From: Terriglobia bacterium
Lineage (GTDB): Bacteria; Acidobacteriota; Terriglobia; UBA7540; JAPUME01
Direction of reading: 5' to 3'
NCBI GenBank assembly: GCA_965222885.1
Contig: OZ244973.1
Coordinates: 1,157,664-1,221,663, forward strand
DNA: 64,000 bases
Below the pieces are notes generated by a model. That model had not been told where the DNA came from and made no database searches. It saw only the letters and a program-made list of their open reading frames with translations. Of the stretch, positions 16,386-28,899 are shown piece after piece. Every line of letters starts with the position of its first letter. Position 1 is the first letter of the stretch. The translations under genes were made by a program, and so were the position numbers.

Positions 16386-17927
16386 TCAATTTCTCTGGAC
16401 TCCCAATTCGGCCAACTGGTGCGAATGGGCCTTCACGGTGGGATAGAAGGAGCGATACACCTGATAATAGCGGTCGTAGAGCGCCATCGCAGCCGGCCGA
16501 GGCGTCACTTTTTCGCGCACTCGAATCGACTGACCGCAGGCTTCCTCGACGCTGGAGAAGATGCCGGTTCCTCCTGCCGCCAACAACGCCGCGCCGTAAG
16601 CCGAGCCCTCGGAGGTGCCCAGCGTCACCAACTCTTGACGGTAAATATCTGCCTGGATCTGTCTCCAGAACGGATTCTGCGATCCACCTCCCGATAGCCG
16701 CACCTGAGTCACGGGAATCGCTAGTTTGTGAAATATTTCCAGTGAATCCCTGAGGCTGAATGCCACTCCTTCCAAAATCGCTCGAATCAGATGGGCTTTG
16801 GTGTGGGCCGCCGTCAGGCCGAACCATCCCCCACGCGCGTTTGCGTCGAGATGGGGAGTGCGTTCTCCCATCAGGTAAGGAAACCAGAGAAGTCCCTCAC
16901 TGCCGACGGGTACATTTTCGGCTTGTTGAATGATCAGTTCATACGCCTGGCGACCTTCGCGGGCGGCTTGTTCTACCTCCGGGGCCGCCAGTTGGTCCCG
17001 AAACCATCGCAGGGAAAGCCCGGCACCCTGGGTGACTCCCATGACATGCCACTTGTTGGGTACGGCGTGGCAGAAGGTGTGAATACGACCTTCCGGGTCA
17101 ATGCAAGGGTTGTCGGTGTAAGCGAACAGAACACCGGATGTGCCGACGGTAATGGAGGTGAGCCCGGTCGAAACAATGCCATTGCCGAGCGCACTGGATG
17201 CCTGGTCGCCTCCGCCGCCCACCACGGGGGTGCCTTGTCGGAGTCCGGTCAATTCCGCCGCCTGGGGTGAGATTGTCCCGCTGATCACCACCGACTCGTA
17301 CACTCGGGGCAGGATGGCCTCGTCGATCCCCAAGGCCGAACAGACCTGCCCGGACCACTGCCGGCTCCTCACGTCCAGCAGCAACGTTCCGGAAGCGTCG
17401 GAGACCTCGGTGGCAAATTCATTCGTAAGCCGAAAGCGGATGTAATCCTTGGGAAGGAGCAGGTGAGACGTCTTCGCGAAGATTTCCGGCTGGTGATCAC
17501 GAACCCACAGTAGCTTGGGGGCCGTGAATCCGGTCAGTGCCGGATTCGAGGTGAGTTGGATCAGACGCTGTTTGCCCAGCTTCGCGGTGATCCAGTCGCA
17601 TTGCGGCTGGCTGCGCTGGTCGCACCAAATCAGGGAGGAACGCAGCAGTCGGCATTGCCGGTCCAGCAGAACAACTCCGTGCATTTGGCCGGAAAGCCCT
17701 ACGGCGGAGATATCCGAGCTTTTTAACTTGGCGTCTTTCAGGGCCGCGGGGACGGCCCGGCATGTGGCTTGCCACCAATCTTCGGGGTCCTGCTCGGCCC
17801 AGCCGGGCTGAGGCATCGCCATGGGGGTATGATTCCCGGAAGCTGCTCCCACGACATCGCCGGCTTCATTTACGACGATCGCTCGCGTCCCTGTCGTTCC
17901 CACGTCAATTCCCATTACGTAGGCCAT
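16386..17927 (-). CDS. xylB: Xylulokinase (FGGY carbohydrate kinase)
   Basis: MGIDVGTTGTRAIVV...GWAEQDPEDWW...GGGDQASSALGNG...LSGGGSQNPFWRQIQADI are FGGY N- and C-domain signatures. The likely start is MAYVMGID. Confidence 0.9.
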   Translation of the reverse strand: MAYVMGIDVGTTGTRAIVVNEAGDVVGAASGNHTPMAMPQPGWAEQDPEDWWQATCRAVPAALKDAKLKSSDISAVGLSGQMHGVVLLDRQCRLLRSSLIWCDQRSQPQCDWITAKLGKQRLIQLTSNPALTGFTAPKLLWVRDHQPEIFAKTSHLLLPKDYIRFRLTNEFATEVSDASGTLLLDVRSRQWSGQVCSALGIDEAILPRVYESVVISGTISPQAAELTGLRQGTPVVGGGGDQASSALGNGIVSTGLTSITVGTSGVLFAYTDNPCIDPEGRIHTFCHAVPNKWHVMGVTQGAGLSLRWFRDQLAAPEVEQAAREGRQAYELIIQQAENVPVGSEGLLWFPYLMGERTPHLDANARGGWFGLTAAHTKAHLIRAILEGVAFSLRDSLEIFHKLAIPVTQVRLSGGGSQNPFWRQIQADIYRQELVTLGTSEGSAYGAALLAAGGTGIFSSVEEACGQSIRVREKVTPRPAAMALYDRYYQVYRSFYPTVKAHSHQLAELGVQRN

Positions 17928-18039
17928 GGAAAAGACCTCACAAGGCAGTCCAAGATAGCAAGGGACAGGTTCTTGGGTCAAATATACCGTTCTGTCGGCG
18001 CGCGGGCGGGCGCGAACGCCGCTCCGGACGCATCCGCCG

Positions 18040-18420
18040 TCAAACCGAGATCACCTTGACATTGCGCCGCAGCCACGGCACCAGATTGTCAAAGCGGAAC
18101 GTTCCTGCTTCGTACAGCCCGGGAATGAAGCTGTAGGCCTCTCCGGCGTCCGCGGTGAGTTGTGCGCCGTTGATCGCCAGAAACGTGTACGTCGCGGCAA
18201 AGGCCGTGCGCTTGTTGCCGTCGATGAACGGATGGTTCTGGGCGAGACTCTCCCACAACGCGGCGGCTTCCGCGACGAGATCGGCGTAGTAGCCGGTTTG
18301 CGGCCGATAGAGCGCCGCCTCCAGAAGACCGGCGTCCCGGACGCCTTGCGCTCCACCGTACCGCTCGATCTGGTCCGCGTAAATGGCGAGAACTTCCGCC
18401 AGCGTGAGGTAGTCCGTCAT
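18040..18420 (-). CDS. doc: Doc (death-on-curing) Fic-family toxin
   Basis: HPFIDGNKRTA Fic/Doc motif, 126 aa. The start overlaps the upstream antitoxin stop (ATGA). Confidence 0.9.
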   Translation of the reverse strand: MTDYLTLAEVLAIYADQIERYGGAQGVRDAGLLEAALYRPQTGYYADLVAEAAALWESLAQNHPFIDGNKRTAFAATYTFLAINGAQLTADAGEAYSFIPGLYEAGTFRFDNLVPWLRRNVKVISV

Positions 18421-18644
18421 TGCGCGAGCTTCTTGTAGAGCTCGTCATACTTGTCATGACTGCCCAGATAGGCGGCCATGACGTGTGGCCGGGGCCGGGC
18501 CTGTTTTCGCTTCTCGATCAGATCGGCCAGCGCCTCCTCCACGAGTGCCTGAAGCTGGCGGCCTTCCTTCTCTGCGATCGCGCGGATAGAGGCCAGAGTC
18601 TCGGCGTTGACCTGGGTAGCGAATTTTTTGCGGGTCTGGGACAT
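18417..18644 (-). CDS. Antitoxin partner of Doc (RHH/Phd-like)
   Basis: 75-aa ORF translationally coupled to doc, with an N-terminal beta-strand/helix pattern (KKFATQVNAETLASIRAIAEKEG). Confidence 0.75.
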   Translation of the reverse strand: MSQTRKKFATQVNAETLASIRAIAEKEGRQLQALVEEALADLIEKRKQARPRPHVMAAYLGSHDKYDELYKKLAQ

Positions 18645-19038
18645 GGCGAAGTTCTCCTCAACGACTTACTCCAGCTTATCATGACAAATCATGATACGTC
18701 AAGAAATCTGTGCCGCCCCTTCCTGGACCCCGGCAGGAACAAACTCTTACGGTTCTGTTTTAGAGTACGATCAAGTATGTTGTCGGGCTATATAGGAACA
18801 AACTGGTTGCGTCCGCCGCTCCCTTGCTTCCGGCGGCCCGAACCAACGCCCCGGCCAAAACCTTTCCCGCCATTCTTCGGCGGGCAGGCACGAACGCTGC
18901 TCCGACTTCGATCCTGCCGGCGTATCTCCAGCGTTAACAGCAGCAAAACAAAAGTTTCAGTTGACGGAGGGAATTCTACGTATTAGAACCCAATACGGAT
19001 TACCTTACTATTCACACCCCAACGACCGGGAGTTTGCC

Positions 19039-20304
19039 ATGCCTTCCAGGAGAAGATTCTTGCAAGCGGTGACCGGAGGGATTCCTGTTCTCAGCCCGAT
19101 CGCTCGGCGGCTTCTCGCGGTGGACCCGGAGAGCAAAACCGCGCTGGACGAATTGCCGACCCAGGCCAGGATTCGCGACGTGACCACCGCAGTCGTTTCT
19201 GCCGGCGCTCACACTCCCTACGTTTACGTCCGAATTCACACCGATTTGGGAGTTACAGGATTAGGCGAGGCTACGCTGGAATACAAGCCGGAAGCGGTGG
19301 TGGGGGCGATCCAAGACGTGCGGCCCTTTCTGAAGGGTAAAGACGCGACGCAGATCGAGCACCTCTGGCAAGCCATTTATCGTCTTTCGTTCTACCGCGG
19401 CGGGCCCGTGCTGAACTCGGCCTTGGGCGGGATCGACATGGCCCTCTGGGACCTGCGGGGGAAGCTGCTCACCGAGCCCATCTATAAGCTGCTGGGCGGG
19501 CCCACCCGGACGAAGATCAGAGTCTATACCCATTTTGGCGGTGATACCCCGGAGGAATTTGCGGAAAATGCCCGCAAGAAGGTGGACGAGGGATTCCGCG
19601 CGCTCAAGTCCGGCCCGGGAGGCGTGTTCGAGATGGTGGAAGGTCCGCGAGCCATCTACCAGATCGTCAAGAAATTTCAGGCGGCTCGTGAGGCGGTCGG
19701 CGACGAGGTCGATTTGATGTTCGATGCTCATGGCGACCTCTATCCGGCAGTTGCCGCCCAGGTGGCCAAAGAGCTTGAGCCTTTGCATCTTCTGTTCCTC
19801 GAAGAACCGACGCTTCCCGAAAATGCGGATGCGATGGAGCGAATTGCGCGGGAAACTACCCTTCCCGTCGCAACCGGGGAGAGGCTTTATACGGTCTGGG
19901 GATTTCGGGAAGTCCTGGAAAAAGGCATTGCCGATGTGATCCAACCGGACATGGTTCATGCGGGAGGTATTTCGCAACTGAAAAAGATCGCGGGAATGGC
20001 GGAAGCGTATTACGTGGCCGTGGCACCCCATAATCCCTTAAGTCCGGTGGCGACCGCCGCCTGCTTGCACCTGGACGCGGCCATTCCCAATTTTCTGATC
20101 CAGGAGGTGGTCACCGGCAATCGCGAGCAGCGCCGGGAATTGGTCACGCGGGATATTGAGAAGCCCCGTGACGGCTACGTGGAATTGCCTCCCGGACCGG
20201 GGCTGGGTCTGGAGTTGGACCGGGATGGATTGGAGAAATATCCCTATGAGCCGCAGGGGTTTCCCTTGCAATACCGGAGAGATGGATCGGTGGGGGAGAA
20301 TTAG
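19039..20304 (+). CDS. Enolase-superfamily enzyme (mandelate racemase/galactonate dehydratase-like) with a Tat-type signal
   Basis: MPSRRRFLQAV twin-arginine leader. GLGEATLE...DMALWDLRGK...MFDAHG...LEEP...HNPLSPV are MR/MLE family motifs. Confidence 0.85.
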   Translation: MPSRRRFLQAVTGGIPVLSPIARRLLAVDPESKTALDELPTQARIRDVTTAVVSAGAHTPYVYVRIHTDLGVTGLGEATLEYKPEAVVGAIQDVRPFLKGKDATQIEHLWQAIYRLSFYRGGPVLNSALGGIDMALWDLRGKLLTEPIYKLLGGPTRTKIRVYTHFGGDTPEEFAENARKKVDEGFRALKSGPGGVFEMVEGPRAIYQIVKKFQAAREAVGDEVDLMFDAHGDLYPAVAAQVAKELEPLHLLFLEEPTLPENADAMERIARETTLPVATGERLYTVWGFREVLEKGIADVIQPDMVHAGGISQLKKIAGMAEAYYVAVAPHNPLSPVATAACLHLDAAIPNFLIQEVVTGNREQRRELVTRDIEKPRDGYVELPPGPGLGLELDRDGLEKYPYEPQGFPLQYRRDGSVGEN

Positions 20305-20328
20305 ATTCCGTCGGATTCCCCCCGAGAC

Positions 20329-20790
20329 CTACTTTCCCTTGGCCTTCATCAGGTCATGGAGTTCTTCCATGAACTCGCCGACGTCTTTGAAATCCAGATA
20401 GACGGAGGCGAAGCGAACATAGGCAACTTTGTCGAGTTGGCGCAGGCGGGCCATAATCATCCCGCCGATTTCAGAACTGGGTTTCTCCCTGTCGGGTGAG
20501 CCGGCCACATGCGACTCGGCGTCATTTACCATATTTTCCAGATCGCCCATGCTCACCGGACGCTTTTCGCAGGCTTTCAGTAATCCCGCCAGGACTTTCT
20601 GGCGGTCGAATTTCTCCCGCCGTCCATCCTTTTTGATCACCATGTAGGGAACTTCGTCGATGCGCTCGTAGGTAGTATAGCGTCGCTCGCACTTCAGGCA
20701 TTCCCGCCGCCGGCGGATGGTGTTGCCCTCGCGGGCCCCGCGGGAGTCCACTACCTTATCTTCGCCGTGGCCGCAATAAGGACAATTCAT
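20329..20790 (-). CDS. nrdR: NrdR transcriptional repressor of ribonucleotide reductase genes
   Basis: MNCPYCGHGEDKVVDSR...RRRRECLKCERRYTTYE zinc ribbon plus an ATP-cone. Confidence 0.95.
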   Translation of the reverse strand: MNCPYCGHGEDKVVDSRGAREGNTIRRRRECLKCERRYTTYERIDEVPYMVIKKDGRREKFDRQKVLAGLLKACEKRPVSMGDLENMVNDAESHVAGSPDREKPSSEIGGMIMARLRQLDKVAYVRFASVYLDFKDVGEFMEELHDLMKAKGK

Positions 20791-20844
20791 AACAGTACCT
20801 TCTTCGAGGCCCTTCCCAGAGTCCTCTACCCGTCTGGGTCCTTC

Positions 20845-21921
20845 TTATCCCCCTGCCCCGGAAGACTTTTCCTCTACGGCCCAACGCCGCAAACTTTGGA
20901 GCGACAATCCTTCCCGCGCCATCCAGACGAGTCCCAGCAGGCTTGCGGGAGCCATGATTACGACCCAGCTCAGAAGAGCGACACCGGTGGCGGAGACTAC
21001 CTCCATCTGCATCCCCTTGGTCAATGCCAACAACACGGCCACCTGAAAGCCTCCTCCTACGGCCGGCACTTGCACGGTCAGTCCCACTACTGCGGAAATG
21101 GCGGCCAAGCAGGCCCCGAGCCAACTCAGCCCGCCCGCCTTGCCGCCGATGCTCTGAGCCACGAGCCAGAAGACGGAGATGTTGGCCGCCCAGACGAGGA
21201 TCGAAAATCCCACGCTTCCCATGAATCGCCGCCATTGACCCAGCACTCCCAGCCCATCGGCAAATGACCGGACCGAGTGTTCCAGGCCCTTTCTCCAGCT
21301 TGGCCGAGCTTGGGGAGACTTCTCGGGATGAGAAAGGTACCGCAGGACTTTTTCTGCGTAAAGTCGGAATCCCAGCGAGGCCGCGATGAGTCCGGCCAGC
21401 ACCCATACGATCCACTGACTGGACTCCACCAGGCTCTGGAGAAACCGGTTTCCCGGGAACTCTCCCGAGTGGAACGGAGAAAGGCGCAACGCGAGGGCGA
21501 GCATCAAGAGGAGCGACACCCCATCGTAGATCCTCTCGATAAGCCAGACCGCCGCCAGCGTGGCGAGCGGGACCCCGCTGCGGTGCGCCACATAGGCGGG
21601 TCGAACCGGCTCGCCGACCCGGCCGATCAGATAAACGCAAGTAAAACCGATGAGTTGGCCGGCCAAAAGCACGCGCAGGGGCACGGTCCGGTCCAGGAAA
21701 TACCGCCAGCGGAGGGCTCGCCATAGGTAGGTACTCAAGGTTGCGGCCACCGCGGCGAACAGGTATCCGGGCCGGACGTGCCTCAGCATGCTTACGAACC
21801 GGTCCCACTGGAAGGAACGCCATTCCTCGCTGGTAATGAGGTGGCGGACCACCAGCGTCAGAACGCCTATGACGATGAGCAGCCACAGCCATCGCCGCAA
21901 GAACCTTACGCGCGAATTCAA
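20845..21921 (-). CDS. UPF0104/lysylphosphatidylglycerol-synthase-TM-like flippase-family membrane protein
   Basis: 358-aa polytopic membrane protein with an N-terminal pattern (WRALRWRYFL) typical of this family. Confidence 0.7.
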   Translation of the reverse strand: MNSRVRFLRRWLWLLIVIGVLTLVVRHLITSEEWRSFQWDRFVSMLRHVRPGYLFAAVAATLSTYLWRALRWRYFLDRTVPLRVLLAGQLIGFTCVYLIGRVGEPVRPAYVAHRSGVPLATLAAVWLIERIYDGVSLLLMLALALRLSPFHSGEFPGNRFLQSLVESSQWIVWVLAGLIAASLGFRLYAEKVLRYLSHPEKSPQARPSWRKGLEHSVRSFADGLGVLGQWRRFMGSVGFSILVWAANISVFWLVAQSIGGKAGGLSWLGACLAAISAVVGLTVQVPAVGGGFQVAVLLALTKGMQMEVVSATGVALLSWVVIMAPASLLGLVWMAREGLSLQSLRRWAVEEKSSGAGG

Positions 21922-21987
21922 GAAATTCCCTGAGAATCAACCCGGAAGGATCAAGTCTGGGCCCAGGATCCGGGCGGGTTGAGCCGG

Positions 21988-23289
21988 TTAGTGTGACAGT
22001 TTCTTCAACATTTTGAAGAATCCCGGAAAAGAGATCCCCACACAACCCGAGTCACGAATCGTAGTCGGGGCGGGTCCCTCGGCAATCAGTCCGGCTACGG
22101 CGAAGGCCATGGCGATACGGTGATCTTTCTGGGGATCGATCGGGGCTCCGTGGAGCCTTTGCCGCCCTGGGACGTCTAACCCGTCGGGAAGCTCCTCGAC
22201 TTGGGCGCCCATCCGGCGCAGATTCTCGGCCACGCCGCGAATGCGATCGCTCTCCTTGACGCGCAGCTCGCCCGCGCCCCGTACCCGAAAGCCAGCTTCG
22301 GTCTGAGTTCCGAGTACGGCAAGGATCGGCAGTTCATCGATCAGAGAGGGAACCATTGCGGGTTGAATCTCTATCTCTTTGAGTCGGCTTGTCCGTGCAT
22401 GCAGATCACCTACCAGCTCTCCGTGCATCATCTTGATATTGAGGATTTTGATATAAGCTCCGGCGCCCACCAGCAGGTCCAAAAGTGCCGTCCGGGTGGG
22501 ATTCAGCCCGACGTTCGGGAGGACAATGTCTGAGTCGGGAACCAGAAGCGCAGCCCCGGTCAGGAAAGCCGCCGAGGAGACGTCACCGGGAACGCGCAAT
22601 GGCCGGGGCTTGAGCCGGGGCCGCCCCTGGAGGGAGATGGTGTTGCGGTGGCGGCCGATGTCCGCTCCAAACTGCTCGAGAGCAATCTCGGTGTGATCGC
22701 GCGTGGGCACCGGCTCGATCACCTGGGTCTCGCCCGTTGCGAGCAATCCGGCCAGCAATACCGCCGACTTTACCTGCGCGCTGGGCACGGGCAATTCGTA
22801 GCGAAGCGGGCGAAGGGGTCCGTCGCGAAATTCGAGGGGTGGACGTCCGCCTTCGCTGGAAGTGATCCGAGCCCCCATCTGCTCGAGGGGTTGGGTGACG
22901 CGGGACATGGGCCGGCGCGAGAGAGACGCATCTCCCCTGATGACCGATGGGAAATTTTGGCCGGCGAGGATGCCGGCCATCATGCGCATGGTGGAACCGG
23001 AGTTTCCGGCGTCCAGCGGTTTACGGGGTGCGCGGAGGCCTTGCAATCCTCGGCCTTCGACTTTCACGGTGTCGCCGACCTTCGCGACTCGTACCCCTAA
23101 TTTCCGCAGACATGCGAGAGTGCTTTGGCAATCCCGGCTGGGAGAGTAGCCGCGGATTTCGCTGACGCCTTCCGCCAACCCCGCCAGCAGTGCGTAACGG
23201 TGGGAGATGGATTTGTCGCCGGGAACAACCCGTGTGCCCCGCAGTGATTTCGCCGGCCGGATTTTTTCCTTGTCGCGATTGAAAAGCAT
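21988..23289 (-). CDS. aroA: 3-phosphoshikimate 1-carboxyvinyltransferase (EPSP synthase)
   Basis: VPGDKSISHRYALLAGLAEG...LDAGNSGSTMRMMAGIL...DHRIAMAFAVAG. The likely start is MLFNRDKE at 23289. Confidence 0.9.
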   Translation of the reverse strand: MLFNRDKEKIRPAKSLRGTRVVPGDKSISHRYALLAGLAEGVSEIRGYSPSRDCQSTLACLRKLGVRVAKVGDTVKVEGRGLQGLRAPRKPLDAGNSGSTMRMMAGILAGQNFPSVIRGDASLSRRPMSRVTQPLEQMGARITSSEGGRPPLEFRDGPLRPLRYELPVPSAQVKSAVLLAGLLATGETQVIEPVPTRDHTEIALEQFGADIGRHRNTISLQGRPRLKPRPLRVPGDVSSAAFLTGAALLVPDSDIVLPNVGLNPTRTALLDLLVGAGAYIKILNIKMMHGELVGDLHARTSRLKEIEIQPAMVPSLIDELPILAVLGTQTEAGFRVRGAGELRVKESDRIRGVAENLRRMGAQVEELPDGLDVPGRQRLHGAPIDPQKDHRIAMAFAVAGLIAEGPAPTTIRDSGCVGISFPGFFKMLKKLSH

Positions 23290-23418
23290 TCCTGTTCGGC
23301 CTGTTGACGATGGCTCGGGCCCTTGTGGATCGGTTCGACCGTGAGATGTCACGTACGGGGCGGGTAACCGCAAGGGATGGCCGGACGTTTCCCGGTCCAC
23401 ATGGCGAGAGCAGAGCTT

Positions 23419-23909
23419 AAGGAGCCTGGCAGGAGCGAGCCTGTAAGCCGAATCCTGTCTCCCTGTCGATTTGCACCGGCGGGGGAGGTGATCATTCCTC
23501 TAGGCCCGACATTGCTGCGGGGCTCAAGCGACCTACCCGGGAGTTCGCCCCCGGCCTCACGCCAAGTGAGGCCGAGTTACGGAACGGGCCGTTCCTCCTC
23601 CCCTATTTGGTCTTGCTCCAGGCGGGGTTTGCCCTGCCCTCCGCCTCACGGCGAAGGCGGTGCGCTCTTACATTAAGCCCCCAGGGGCCGCACCCTTTCA
23701 CCCTTACCTGAGCCCGACTCTCGACCGAGCCGGGCCATCGGCGGTATCTTTTCTGTGGCACTCTCCGTAGCCGTCCCGTCACCAGGACGACTCCTCGCCG
23801 TTAGCGAGCACCCTGCCCTGTGGAGTTCGGACTTTCCTCCCCCCGCGCCGAAATCCTTGCGGACTTCGGCCGGGCGGCGATCACCCGGCTGGTTCCTGCC
23901 AAGCTCTTC
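23419..23909 (-). ncRNA. rnpB: RNase P RNA, bacterial type A
   Basis: The reverse strand reads GAAGAGCTTGGCAGGA...GGAGGAAAGTCCGAACTCCACAGGGCAGGGTGC...GACAGGATTCGGCTTACAGGCTCGCTCCTGCCAGGCTCC. The P4 halves and the P1 pairing are both present. The ends are approximate. Confidence 0.85.
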
Positions 23910-24059
23910 TGCCTATTACATCATAGTCGCAGCCACTTTTGGCGTAAAAAACCAAAACCTTGTCTTATCCCGTAGGGAGACGGATGGTCGCTGGCCGACT
24001 GTTTCCTTTCCGGTCGATGCTACGCGTTCCAGCATCGGGCGGAGGTGGATGGGAAAAGG

Positions 24060-26351
<2,292 letters not shown>

Positions 26352-26606
26352 TTATACAAGGTTTCCGTGCTAACCTACCTGCGAGAAAACCCTCTCCGCC
26401 AGGCATGACCCCTATAGATATATGGGGAGCAACGCAGCTTCGCGGGTCAATGAGAAATCAGAGAGCCGCGTACCTGGGCCGCAAGTGGACTTGAGCTTGG
26501 GGGAAAAAGTTTTCGCGCAGCGATTTCTGCGCTAACCTGACCCCTCGCAGCGGTTTTTCGGACGTAGCTGAGCATCCTGCCTGGAATCAACCTGGATCGA
26601 ACCCCC

Positions 26607-27701
26607 GTGGCCACCATCGGAATTGATGCCACCTACAGTGCCGAAGAGAAGCCCTACGGGATCGCCCGCTACTCCCTGCGGCTGATGGAAAATCTATTCG
26701 CCCTTCCCTGTTCCCACCGGTTTGTCCTTTGCTACCGGTTATCCCGCCTCTTTCGCCGTAAGCCCTTTACACCGCCTTCCGGCAAGCCCGTTGAACGCTG
26801 TTTTATTCATCCTCCCCTGGGCTGGCGTCTCAAATCGAAGCTGGACCTTTTTCACAGCCTGGCCCAGCGTCCCCCGGCTTTCCGGTTCCGACGTGAAGTG
26901 GTAACGATTCATGACGTTTTCCCGCTTACCGGCAAGGACTATTCCACGCCGGGATTCCAGCGGGCGTTTTCCGCTCTTCTCACCGCGGCGGTGGAAAGGG
27001 CAGCGCGAATCATCACCCCGTCGGAATTCACGGCCCGGGAACTCGAAAAGTGCTGCCCGGTATCCCGCGAAAGAATCCGCGTAATCCCCGAGGGGGTGGA
27101 CCCGCCCCGCCGTACCATGACGGAACGGGAAAAACAGACCCGGCGAAGGAAAATTCTGGGAGGTGAGGGAAGGATTCTTCTCCACGTCGGCGCCATCCAG
27201 ACGCGGAAGAATATCGTGAATTGTCTGCGCGCCTTGTCCGGTCTGCCGAAGGACTGCTGCCTGGTTCTGGCCGGCGGAGACGGGCACGGCAGCGAGGACG
27301 TGTACCGGCACATCCGACGGAACGGACTATCGAGTCGAGTGCGCGTCCTGGGTTACGTACCCCAAGATCAGGTCGAGGAACTCTACCAGATCGCCAGCCT
27401 GCTGCTATTCCCTTCCCGGGAGGAGGGATTCGGACTCCCGGTGCTGGAGGCGATGAGCTATTCTCTTCCGGCGGTCATTTCGAGTTCCTCCGCGTTGCCC
27501 GAGGTAGGAGGCGATGCAGCCCTCTACGTGAACCCCGAAGACGTCGAAGACATCACCCGAAAGGTCTCCGCCGTGCTCGAGGACCCTTCCCTGCGCGAAA
27601 AACTGGTGAGCCGAGGACTGCAACGCATACAAGGGTTTTCCTGGAAACGAACCGCGGAGTCCACCCTACAGGTTTACGAGGAGTTGCTGCCGGCCGGATG
27701 A
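26607..27701 (+). CDS. Glycosyltransferase family 4 (GT-B, group 1)
   Basis: GTG start. LFPSREEGFGLPVLEAMSYSLPVI-type E-x7-E region (FPSREEGFGLPVLEAMS). Confidence 0.85.
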   Translation: MATIGIDATYSAEEKPYGIARYSLRLMENLFALPCSHRFVLCYRLSRLFRRKPFTPPSGKPVERCFIHPPLGWRLKSKLDLFHSLAQRPPAFRFRREVVTIHDVFPLTGKDYSTPGFQRAFSALLTAAVERAARIITPSEFTARELEKCCPVSRERIRVIPEGVDPPRRTMTEREKQTRRRKILGGEGRILLHVGAIQTRKNIVNCLRALSGLPKDCCLVLAGGDGHGSEDVYRHIRRNGLSSRVRVLGYVPQDQVEELYQIASLLLFPSREEGFGLPVLEAMSYSLPAVISSSSALPEVGGDAALYVNPEDVEDITRKVSAVLEDPSLREKLVSRGLQRIQGFSWKRTAESTLQVYEELLPAG

Positions 27702-28174
27702 ACCCAGGGCCCACCCCCTCTGAAGCCGAGCGATCCCGCTCCGGGTTTTCCGTATCGCAACTCGGTGACCGGCGGGAGAAGGAACCCATCCAGCGAGGGA
27801 AGGCTCGAACCCGAACCGCTTTTCTCTGCGCAAGCTAGAAGAGTGCTCGGTTCCGGAGCCGTGGTGGACCGCAACGTCCGCCTGCTGCGGTCTGGATTGA
27901 CTGAACCATCCTGCCATGTTAGGGTTGCGACGCTGTTGAAAGGATCGAGTCATTGCCAAAGAAGAGTCCCTGAACCTTCCCTCGACCCGTTCGCTGTTTT
28001 CCCGACCCGACCGGGAATCTTGGAAGTATCTCCTGCTCATTCTCTACATTCTCCTCTGTTTTGAACTGGGAGTGCTCCTCTTGTTCCTACCTTGGTCGCA
28101 ACTTTGGAGCCGGAACTATTTTGTCGAGACATTTCCCCTGCTGAACGCAATCGCCATGAGCTACTTCGCCCGGG

Positions 28175-28882
28175 GTGCTATTTCAGGGTTGGGTCTGCTG
28201 GATTTCGGATTGGGAACGTGGGAACTCTGGCAACTCAGGAAGCGTAAGACGTCCTTTGAGTCTGGCTGACGGTTTTCTTATCGGCTACATTACCGACCGG
28301 AAGGGTCTCACGCCGGGAGAACTCCCCGTTCGCCTGCGGGAGGCCATCGAAGCGAATCTTTCCTGGGTCCAGATTCGGGAAAAGGATGCGTGCGCGCGCG
28401 AAATGTGCCCGTGGGTGGCGGAAGCGGTGCAGGCCGCTTCCGGCCGGGCCACGCAAATCCTGGTCAACGACCGGCTGGACGTTGTGCTGGCCTGTGGAGC
28501 CGACGGCGTTCACCTGGGAGGCCATTCGGTCCCCGCCGCGGTAGCCCGGAAATGGATTCCCAAGCCACGACTGGTCGGGGTCTCCTGCCATTCCCTGGAG
28601 GAAGCGCAATCCGCTCAGGAGGCGGCCGCCGACTACATCCTGCTGGGCCCCATCTTCCAACCCTTCTCGAAGACCAGTTCCCTGCCGCCGTTGGGACTGG
28701 AGGGGTTAAGAGAGGTCTGCCGCGAAATCCAGATTCCCGTTCTTGCCCTGGGCGGCATCAGTCCCCGGCGCATCCTGCCCTGCCGCGAGGCCGGTGCCCG
28801 CGGAGTCGCTGCCATTGCGATGTTTCAGGATTGCCGGTCCTTGACCGAGCGGGTGGAGGAAATTCAAAAGCACCTGCGCTGA
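28175..28882 (+). CDS. thiE: Thiamine-phosphate synthase
   Basis: YITDR...VQIREKD...LVNDRLDVVLACGADGVHLG...GPIFQPFSK...ALGGI. The true start is probably downstream (TTG about 28256), because the upstream part overlaps a small membrane ORF. Confidence 0.85.
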   Translation: MLFQGWVCWISDWERGNSGNSGSVRRPLSLADGFLIGYITDRKGLTPGELPVRLREAIEANLSWVQIREKDACAREMCPWVAEAVQAASGRATQILVNDRLDVVLACGADGVHLGGHSVPAAVARKWIPKPRLVGVSCHSLEEAQSAQEAAADYILLGPIFQPFSKTSSLPPLGLEGLREVCREIQIPVLALGGISPRRILPCREAGARGVAAIAMFQDCRSLTERVEEIQKHLR

Positions 28883-28899
28883 AGTCAATCCCGGCAAAG

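Noticed and set aside
14959-16827. The 622-aa version of the DUF4380-like ORF, and similar N-terminal extensions of aroA, acnA, icd, the NHL protein, xylB and the enolase-family gene.
   Set aside because: The extensions overlap the neighbouring gene or are low-complexity. An internal Met with a signal peptide or RBS and the start of family homology gives a far better gene model.
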